Part shown: piece after piece, positions 7,022 through 13,643 of the stretch
Numbering within the stretch: the first letter of the stretch is position 1
How the letters are laid out: every line of letters starts with the position of its first letter
DNA from: a virus
Lineage: Duplodnaviria > Caudoviricetes
DNA length: 25,132 bases
Direction: 5' to 3' (one strand)
IMG/VR virus record: IMGVR_UViG_3300020379_001212
Span: 1-25,132 of that record
Translations under genes and position numbers: made by a program
The notes under the pieces: model-generated
What the model saw: the letters and a program-made list of their open reading frames with translations, nothing else
Databases searched by the model: none
What the model was told of the DNA's origin: nothing

Positions 7022-7247
7022 ATTTATGACTGCTGCGAGATTCTCGCAGGAGGTGGAAAAGATTGCATTACACAATCCCGATATGAATTATATTGATTCG
7101 GTTATCCACTACTGTGAGCTCAATGAAATTGAACTAGATAGTGTGAACAAGTTGGTGAGCAAACCTCTGAAGGAAAAACTCCGTCACGAGGCACAGCAAC
7201 TTAACTTTATGAAAAAAACAAGTCGTGCCAAATTAATGTTAGTATGA
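6993..7247 (+). CDS. g33: Late-transcription coactivator gp33
   Basis: FSQEVEK...NYIDSVIHYCELNEIE...LKEKLRHEAQQLNFM; position upstream of gp32. Confidence 0.9.
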   Translation: MEKKQLLEDKFMTAARFSQEVEKIALHNPDMNYIDSVIHYCELNEIELDSVNKLVSKPLKEKLRHEAQQLNFMKKTSRAKLMLV

Positions 7248-7609
7248 GCTTCTTTCAATCCGAATTAGTACGTGGTGACATCCAAGAGATGATGGAACTA
7301 CAACAGTTTTGTTTTAGATCTGCCATGAACTTTGTTCTTCTGGATGAAGAACGTAGACTGGAGTATTTCGATGCTCTAATGACACTAATTGAAAAACAAA
7401 AGATCTTTTATGCTCGCATCAAGTTGAGTGACGATCCCGAAGCTGTCTCTGTCCTTGAGACAATGAAGCAAGGGGTCGTTATGCTAGGTGCTACACCTAA
7501 CACACCTATTGAACAGATGTTTGATGAGTTGCTTGAGAAGGTGGCAATCCTTAAAAAAAGGTACGAAAATGGTGAAGGACCACCTGATTGGCGTCCATCA
7601 AAGGGTTGA
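7244..7609 (+). CDS. DUF1825-like protein
   Basis: MSFFQSELVR...LIEKQKIFYARIKLSDDPEA pattern; position before g32. Confidence 0.7.
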   Translation: MSFFQSELVRGDIQEMMELQQFCFRSAMNFVLLDEERRLEYFDALMTLIEKQKIFYARIKLSDDPEAVSVLETMKQGVVMLGATPNTPIEQMFDELLEKVAILKKRYENGEGPPDWRPSKG

Positions 7610-7634
7610 CGCCTAACCCTTCATCTGTTATCAT
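7606..7634 (+). promoter_or_regulatory. Sigma70-type promoter of g32
   Basis: TTGACG, 17-nt spacer ending in TGT, TATCAT. Confidence 0.75.
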
Positions 7635-7724
7635 AACTTCGTTGGGCAGACGGGACTGGGAGACTGGTTCGCACGTAAGACCCAACATACACAAACCAAA
7701 TCCAAAACAATCCGAGGTAATCTA

Positions 7725-8654
7725 ATGTCATTCGCAGATCTTAAGCGTAAATCCCAGACTAATTTTGACTTCCTACAAAAGGAACTTGAAAAATCATCCA
7801 GCGGCAAGAACGTTGATGAGAGATTCTGGAAACCAGAGGTTGACGCTTCTGGAAATGGGTACGCTGTTATCCGTTTCCTCCCTGCTCCTGAGGGTGAGAC
7901 CATCCCATGGGCAAAACTGTACTCCCACGCCTTCCAAGGTCCTGGTGGTTGGTACATCGAGAACTCTCGCACCACTATCAATGAGAAAGATCCCGTTGGT
8001 GAAGTGAACCGCCGTCTCTGGAACAGCGGTGCTGATGAAGACAAAGAGACTGCTCGTAAGCAGAAGCGTAAGCTCCAGTATTACAGCAACATCTATGTCG
8101 TGAAGGATCCTAAGCATCCTGAGAACGAGGGTAAAGTATTCCTTTACAAGTATGGTAAGAAGATCCATGATAAGATCCTTGCTGCCATGCAACCTGAGTT
8201 CCAAGATGAAGAACCAGTAAATGTTTTTGATCTGTGGGAAGGTGCTAACTTCAAACTGAAGATCAAAAAGGTCGCAGGTTACTGGAACTACGATAGTTCT
8301 GAGTTTGATTCTGTCTCTGCTCTCAGTGCTGATGATGATGAACTGGAAGCAACCTGGAAACTTGAGCACTCCCTGGAAGCATTCACTTCAGCGGATCAAT
8401 TCAAATCCTATGAGGATCTTGAGCGTCGTTTGAACCTTGTGTTGGGAATTGGGCAGCGACCTGCTCCCCGTCCTTCTGTTGAGGATGAAGAGTATGAACC
8501 AGTCGCTGCTACTGGTGGGTTCAATGACCCTGATATCACCTCTGCTCCCTCTGCTTTTCGTCAGCAGATGAGTGCTCCCTCTCCTGTCAAGGAAGAGGCA
8601 ATCGTTGAGGATGATGATGCTCTGTCCTACTTCGCTAAACTTGCTGAAGAGTGA
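7725..8654 (+). CDS. g32: Single-stranded DNA-binding protein gp32
   Basis: DERFWKP...GNGYAVIRFLP...HAFQGPGGWYIENS...GANFKLKI...NYDSSEF; acidic C-terminal tail. Confidence 0.98.
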   Translation: MSFADLKRKSQTNFDFLQKELEKSSSGKNVDERFWKPEVDASGNGYAVIRFLPAPEGETIPWAKLYSHAFQGPGGWYIENSRTTINEKDPVGEVNRRLWNSGADEDKETARKQKRKLQYYSNIYVVKDPKHPENEGKVFLYKYGKKIHDKILAAMQPEFQDEEPVNVFDLWEGANFKLKIKKVAGYWNYDSSEFDSVSALSADDDELEATWKLEHSLEAFTSADQFKSYEDLERRLNLVLGIGQRPAPRPSVEDEEYEPVAATGGFNDPDITSAPSAFRQQMSAPSPVKEEAIVEDDDALSYFAKLAEE

Positions 8655-8848
8655 TCAAGAAAGTGCTAGGGGTGGTCTTCCACCCCGTAACAGCAATGAA
8701 CTTACTGTTCGTTGGAACTTTAGGAATGATTGAACTCATTCACATCAGAGCACACCATACTTTAGAACAAGATGTCCATGGACATGTTCACAGAGCATTA
8801 AAAAATAATCCAGAACTAGCACGGTCAACGTGTTACGAATTGGATTAA
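8651..8848 (+). CDS. Small hypothetical protein with hydrophobic segment, His-rich
   Basis: GTG start overlaps the g32 stop; 65 aa. Confidence 0.65.
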   Translation: MIKKVLGVVFHPVTAMNLLFVGTLGMIELIHIRAHHTLEQDVHGHVHRALKNNPELARSTCYELD

Positions 8849-8851
8849 TCA

Positions 8852-8902
8852 ATTCCATAAAACTGGAAAAAAAATTCGGGCAATTTTTTGCCCGAAAAAG
8901 TC
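8852..8902. repeat. 51-bp A/T-tract element, copy 1; contains a hairpin usable as bidirectional terminator
   Basis: ATTCCATAAAA...AAAAAGTC with TTCGGGCAA-TTTT-TTGCCCGAA inverted repeat, between convergent genes. Confidence 0.65.
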
Positions 8903-9530
8903 AACCAGTTTTCTTTAGACGCTGACTAATATAGTTGGCGTCTTTTTTGTATAGATTTTGTTTTCTAAAATCATTTACAAATGATGTGAGATAATCTGAT
9001 TTAAGGAGATAGATTTCTCTTTTCTTTTCATTCTCATCATGGAACCATTCAGCAACGGTGACGGGACGGCAAATCTCGTTGCCGTTTTTTGTTACAATAG
9101 CACCGTCAATGTTTAGTTTATGTGTTTCATTGTAAAATGTCTCATCTACACGTTGACCTACTTTATATGGTCCGATTGCATCTGTTTCGTAGTGGTGAAT
9201 TTCTGAATAAGGATCATCATATTCACTCTCTAATACTTTATATACTTCGTAGTTAGTCATTGGCCAATCATATTGTACATTAACCATGTTGTTGACTAAA
9301 AGAATAACCCAATCATAGAATGGATCTCCATATGCTTTATCTGCTAGAGAATCTGGACGCTCTCCATCTTCAATCGCATATTTTTGAAAGAGTGTGACAT
9401 TGGAAAAGATGTCATCACTAATTTTATATCTACGAAAGAAATTTTTCGCAGTTACAAAGTCAGACTCTGAGAAAGGATAGCTAATTGGTTTCTCGTCATA
9501 CGAGATGTTTGGGATGAGTGAAAAATACAT
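8901..9530 (-). CDS. g53: Baseplate wedge subunit gp53
   Basis: YAIEDGERPDSLADKAYGDPFYDWVILLVNN...WP, and ENEKKREIYLLK. Confidence 0.92.
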   Translation of the reverse strand: MYFSLIPNISYDEKPISYPFSESDFVTAKNFFRRYKISDDIFSNVTLFQKYAIEDGERPDSLADKAYGDPFYDWVILLVNNMVNVQYDWPMTNYEVYKVLESEYDDPYSEIHHYETDAIGPYKVGQRVDETFYNETHKLNIDGAIVTKNGNEICRPVTVAEWFHDENEKKREIYLLKSDYLTSFVNDFRKQNLYKKDANYISQRLKKTG

Positions 9531-9531
9531 T

Positions 9532-10764
9532 TTACCTTACTGATTTACCGACATCTTCAGCAAAACAAATCTTTGTTTCCTGGAAGTTTAATTGTAATCC
9601 CACTGCTACTGGTTGTCCGTCAGAATATGTAGCGTAAGTTCCATCAGGTGTGTAGTTCACATCGACTGATGTTAATGCACACATTTTATATCGTGGCATT
9701 CTAGGATTTTCATTGGATCCTTTCATGAAGGAAACTCTAACTAGTTTTGGCACACCAATAAATCCTAATTTTACTCCTTGATTATTTCCGTCTTGATTAA
9801 ATCCTAATACTTTTCCTGGGTATTTTGATGGCAGCATAGCTTTTTTAAACTGCTCTGTCAGATTATTAACTTCTACTGATTCTTTTTGGTGCCTAGGAAC
9901 CAACTTAAAGTTCAATGAAAAATTTCTCATTTGAATTCCACCAAATAATAATTCTGTATTTGGATTGAAAATTGCTCCAGAGATACCACCAAAGATATCG
10001 TCATAAGATAACGAGTCGCCTGTTAGTTTGCTGGTAGCTGCTTGTAAAGCAGCAGCACCTGCTAGTGGTCCTACTTTATCAAGTAAATTATTAATAGCAG
10101 TTGCTCCTGATGCTACTTTATCTCCAAGACCCTTCCGACCCATAGCTCGCAGACCCTCTGTTGCTAGAGTGCTCATAGATTTTCCATCCCAGTTTGCTCT
10201 AAATCCAGTTGAAACATCTTCTGGCATGTAAAGCATTATTGGTTTATAACCACTAGCTGAGACATATTCATTTGCCATATTATAGTCGAACACTCCGCCA
10301 TCAGGTTTTCTGTCGCCAAATGGAGCTTTGTAATCATAAAACTGGAACAGTACAAAATCACCGTCTTTTGTTATACCTCCCTGATCCTCTCCTGCCATTG
10401 GATAACGATAACTACCATCACCTTCTGCTGGTCTCGCTACTGAAGGAAGTGTTTTTAAATTAATTAATCCAGCTCTTGCTCTCGCATCACCTGCTTTATT
10501 TTCCCTTTGAGTGTCTAGATCATAACCTAATGCTATACCAACTACTCCTTCTGGGGGTTGTACTATTTGTCTTCCCCCTTGTGGTTTGAAATTGAGTGGT
10601 TGCGGGACGAATCCAAAACTACCAGCAGACCATGTGGGGTCATTAATATCAACAGGTCTAGGTCCCCATACGTAGGTTTTACCACCAGTAACGTAATAAT
10701 CTCCTGGTTTATATGTTTGGGGTTTTTGAGTTGGTTGTGCTGATGGTGACTGCTCTTCTGCCAT
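9532..10764 (-). CDS. g48: Baseplate tail-tube cap gp48
   Basis: LYMPEDV, NPNTELLFGG..MRNFSLNFKLVPR, CALTSVDVNYTPDG, LNFQET. Confidence 0.9.
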   Translation of the reverse strand: MAEEQSPSAQPTQKPQTYKPGDYYVTGGKTYVWGPRPVDINDPTWSAGSFGFVPQPLNFKPQGGRQIVQPPEGVVGIALGYDLDTQRENKAGDARARAGLINLKTLPSVARPAEGDGSYRYPMAGEDQGGITKDGDFVLFQFYDYKAPFGDRKPDGGVFDYNMANEYVSASGYKPIMLYMPEDVSTGFRANWDGKSMSTLATEGLRAMGRKGLGDKVASGATAINNLLDKVGPLAGAAALQAATSKLTGDSLSYDDIFGGISGAIFNPNTELLFGGIQMRNFSLNFKLVPRHQKESVEVNNLTEQFKKAMLPSKYPGKVLGFNQDGNNQGVKLGFIGVPKLVRVSFMKGSNENPRMPRYKMCALTSVDVNYTPDGTYATYSDGQPVAVGLQLNFQETKICFAEDVGKSVR

Positions 10765-11453
10765 TACCTAGACATCTCCTTGGATTTTTTAGTACCGTAT
10801 CCTCTGATCATTCTCTGACCTGTGATTTTGTCGTAGAATTTATCATCGGTTTCTTCCCAAACAGTTTGTCTGTCGATAGGAAAGTTTCTTCCATTCACAT
10901 CCTTTACAAAGTCCTCGGTTGGTAGAAGAATGGCAGTGTCCCATTCTTTAGAAGCGAGGTCAAGATATAAACCTTCTACATGGTTACTGAGATATTTATG
11001 GAAACATGCCTTAGGTATGTCAATTCTACCTTGCATTAGTTTCTTCACAGTAACGATTCTCTTTTTGGGGGAGAGGTAATGTAAGTTAGCACCCCAGAAT
11101 TCACTCTTGCCTGGTGCTTTAAAACAGTATACTAAAGGAAATCTATCATAGTAAGGCAACCACCTTGATTTTGCCTTGTATTCAAACATATACAGATGAC
11201 CTGCTACAGCATATCTACGCAATTCATTTGCGTCTTGTTCTTCTACAGCACCAATTCTATCCCTTTTTTCTTCTAAGATATATTTGTTAAAGTTCTTTTT
11301 GTATTTACTTGCTTCTGCTTTTACAGCGTTTCTGTACCATGTAAGAGATTTTTTTTCTCCACCAGTAGAATTAGATACTCTTTCAAAGAGTGTTTTATAT
11401 CCTGGGTTTTTGTTTACGCTGTTGCGTTGTATTGAGGCGAATCCTGTTGCCAT
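10764..11453 (-). CDS. g2: DNA end protector protein gp2
   Basis: GHLYMFEYKAK..LPYYDRFPL, GANLHYL, HKYL, WDTAILLPTEDF. Confidence 0.9.
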   Translation of the reverse strand: MATGFASIQRNSVNKNPGYKTLFERVSNSTGGEKKSLTWYRNAVKAEASKYKKNFNKYILEEKRDRIGAVEEQDANELRRYAVAGHLYMFEYKAKSRWLPYYDRFPLVYCFKAPGKSEFWGANLHYLSPKKRIVTVKKLMQGRIDIPKACFHKYLSNHVEGLYLDLASKEWDTAILLPTEDFVKDVNGRNFPIDRQTVWEETDDKFYDKITGQRMIRGYGTKKSKEMSR

Positions 11454-11457
11454 TGCT

Positions 11458-11889
11458 CTAGACTCCTAAGTGATCTTCGGTAAGTATTAAGAAGTTCATC
11501 TGCCTGTCTTCACAATACTCTCGCGCAGCAGACCACTTAGTTTGGTTTTTTGCGTAAGTCAGAGCAGCATTACGATAGGCAGCAGTTTTTTTGTTTTTGT
11601 CATTCGGTGGTTTTGTTTGTTTCTTGGGTTTTACTTCAATAATATATTTTGTGACCTTACCAGACTTTTCGCGAACTTTAATGTAGAAGTCAGGAAAGTA
11701 TCTTCTCACTTTACCATCAGGAGCTCTGTATGGTATAATAACTTCTTCACTACCCCACTGTAAAATGGATGGGTTGTTGTCACAGAATACCATGAACTTT
11801 CGTTCCCACAACGATCTGTAGATGATGTTAGTGGGATTGCCACGATACTTCTGAGGATTTACAGGTTTGTAAATACCAGAGTATGCCAT
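11458..11889 (-). CDS. g4: Head completion nuclease gp4
   Basis: MAYSGIYKPVNPQKYRG..IIYRSLWE..WGSEE..YFPDF..IEVKP..NQTKW; start at ATG 11889 rather than 11949. Confidence 0.95.
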   Translation of the reverse strand: MAYSGIYKPVNPQKYRGNPTNIIYRSLWERKFMVFCDNNPSILQWGSEEVIIPYRAPDGKVRRYFPDFYIKVREKSGKVTKYIIEVKPKKQTKPPNDKNKKTAAYRNAALTYAKNQTKWSAAREYCEDRQMNFLILTEDHLGV

Positions 11890-11919
11890 AAATATAGAAG
11901 GACCAACATAGGTATTTAG
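11888..11919. promoter_or_regulatory. Pair of opposed late promoters
   Basis: ATAAATA on + (11888-11894) and CTAAATA on - (11919-11913), between divergent structural genes. Confidence 0.65.
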
Positions 11920-11920
11920 C

Positions 11921-12646
11921 GTGTCAATCAACAGCTTTTTGTCTGCCATCTCCGCTAGAGGCGGGATGTCATACTCAAATAACTACATTGTTGCATTTGA
12001 AAATGTGCCAATTAGTTACGCTGGATTGTCGGAAGAAATTGAGTATTTTTGTGATGAAGCACAACTTCCTAACATCAATACAGCAACTGGAACTATAAAT
12101 GGACTTTATACTGGACTTGGTAATATAGACTATCCACACACTAAAGTTTTTACAGAACTTCAGTTAGGATTCATGTTAGATGCTGACTTATCTGTGTTAA
12201 AATATTTGAACGCATGGTACAACTCTATTTTTATTGAGACTGGTACTAGCGAAAGTAGATCTACCAGAGTAAAATTTAGGAATGAATACACAGGAACCAT
12301 AAAAATTACAAAGTCTGAAACTGGTCCAGATTCTACAACCCAAAGAAAACCAATTACATATGTTTTGGAGCAAGCATATCCATATGCTATTGATTCTGTT
12401 CCACTACAGTTTGGTTCTTCTCAGATCACAAAAGTAACAGCACAGTTTAAATATCAAAGACATTATACAGTTGATAGAAATATTCGCAATATCAAGGATT
12501 CTAATATTCCAGCAAGTGGAGTTTTAGTTGGAGAAGTTGAAATTGGACCAGGAATATTCACACAACAATGGTTGCTTCCAAATGGAAAAATTGTTGAGAA
12601 ACGAGACAATAAAGTTGGAACTGGAACACAACCTACAGCCCGCTAA
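11921..12646 (+). CDS. Tail tube / baseplate tail-tube initiator (gp19/gp54-like)
   Basis: FCDEAQLP, YLNAWYN, YVLEQAYP..I..VPLQFG..ITKVTAQFKY tube-fold pattern; GTG start. Confidence 0.75.
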   Translation: MSINSFLSAISARGGMSYSNNYIVAFENVPISYAGLSEEIEYFCDEAQLPNINTATGTINGLYTGLGNIDYPHTKVFTELQLGFMLDADLSVLKYLNAWYNSIFIETGTSESRSTRVKFRNEYTGTIKITKSETGPDSTTQRKPITYVLEQAYPYAIDSVPLQFGSSQITKVTAQFKYQRHYTVDRNIRNIKDSNIPASGVLVGEVEIGPGIFTQQWLLPNGKIVEKRDNKVGTGTQPTAR

Positions 12647-12659
12647 ATTTAATTTTTTG

Positions 12660-12710
12660 ATTCCATAAAAGGGCGAAAATTTTTCCCGCTAATTTTTAGG
12701 TAAAAAAGTC
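12660..12710. repeat. 51-bp A/T-tract element, copy 2
   Basis: ATTCCATAAAA...AAAAAGTC, same length as 8852-8902; followed by CTAAATA late promoter at 12714-12720. Confidence 0.6.
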
Positions 12711-12744
12711 GCGCTAAATATACATATGAACTGGTCTAAACATA

Positions 12745-13458
12745 ATGGCATTACCACAAGTTGTGCTTCCAACTTATGAGTTGGAAATTCCGTCTAATGG
12801 CAAAAAAATCAAATATCGCCCATTTGTAGTAAAAGAAGAGAAATTACTTCTTCTGGCAATGGAGTCAGAAGATGTGGGTCAAATTGAAGCAGCAGTAAAA
12901 CAATTATTGAAAGGTTGTATTCAATCTAGAATTAAAATTGATGATTTAGCAATTTTTGATCTAGAATACATTTTCCTTCAGATTCGTGCAGTTTCCGTTG
13001 GGGAAGTTGTTGATATGAATATTACATGTGAGGATGATGGACAAACTACAGTCCCTTATAAGTTAAACTTGTTAGAAGTTGAGGTACAGAAACCAGAAGG
13101 TCATTCTAACAAAATTATGCTTTCTGATGAAATGGGTATTGTGATGAAATATCCAAAATTTGATACTTTTATCACTGGATCGATTATTGGTGAATCTCTA
13201 ACGGCAGAATCAGTTATTGATGTTATTGCTGGTTGTATTGATCAACTTTTTGACGCTGAAGATGTATATGATAGTTCTACTACTACTAAAAAAGAATTTA
13301 AAGAATTTTTAGAAAATCTTACCAATAGTCAATTTGAAAAAATTCAAGAATTCTTCCAGAGTTCTCCAAAACTAGAACATACTATTAAAATTACAAATCC
13401 CAACACTGGTGTTGAAAATGAAATAGTATTTTCGGGATTATCGTCTTTTTTCGGATAG
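12745..13458 (+). CDS. g26: Baseplate hub assembly protein gp26
   Basis: MALP...PTYELEIPS..KIKYRPFVVKEEK.LL, FDLEYIFLQIRAVSVGE, MKYP, C-terminal GLSSFFG. Confidence 0.93.
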   Translation: MALPQVVLPTYELEIPSNGKKIKYRPFVVKEEKLLLLAMESEDVGQIEAAVKQLLKGCIQSRIKIDDLAIFDLEYIFLQIRAVSVGEVVDMNITCEDDGQTTVPYKLNLLEVEVQKPEGHSNKIMLSDEMGIVMKYPKFDTFITGSIIGESLTAESVIDVIAGCIDQLFDAEDVYDSSTTTKKEFKEFLENLTNSQFEKIQEFFQSSPKLEHTIKITNPNTGVENEIVFSGLSSFFG

Positions 13459-13484
13459 CACTCTTCCACAACACGTTGGAAGGG
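13446..13484 (+). promoter_or_regulatory. Candidate -1 programmed ribosomal frameshift signal
   Basis: In-frame T TTT TTC heptamer (13446-13452), 8-nt spacer, hairpin CTCTTCCA-(8 nt)-TGGAAGGG (13461-13484). Confidence 0.65.
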
Positions 13485-13643
13485 TATTATAAAACTAATT
13501 TTGCTTTGATGCAGCATCATAAATATAGCTTGAGTGATGTTGAAAATATGATGCCGTTTGAGAGGCAAGTTTATGTTTCTCTATTGATGCAGCATTTGGA
13601 ACAAGTTAAACAACAACAAGAAGCGGCAGCTAAACAACGATAA
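13452..13643 (+). CDS. g51: Baseplate hub assembly catalyst gp51 (probably a frameshift extension of gp26; first ATG at 13509)
   Basis: -1 frame reads RIALFHNTLEGYYKTNFALMQHHKYSLSDVENMMPFERQVYVSLLMQHLEQVKQQQEAAAKQR; stop overlaps the next ATG; missing from supplied ORF track. Confidence 0.85.
   Translation, partial: RIALFHNTLEGYYKTNFALMQHHKYSLSDVENMMPFERQVYVSLLMQHLEQVKQQQEAAAKQR

Noticed and set aside
7794-8369. 191-aa minus-strand ORF (and 7631-8044)
   Set aside because: Antisense shadow of g32; no recognisable motif or RBS.
11890-11949. Extended gp4 start
   Set aside because: It overlaps the divergent gene and promoters; the gp4-like sequence begins at MAYSG.
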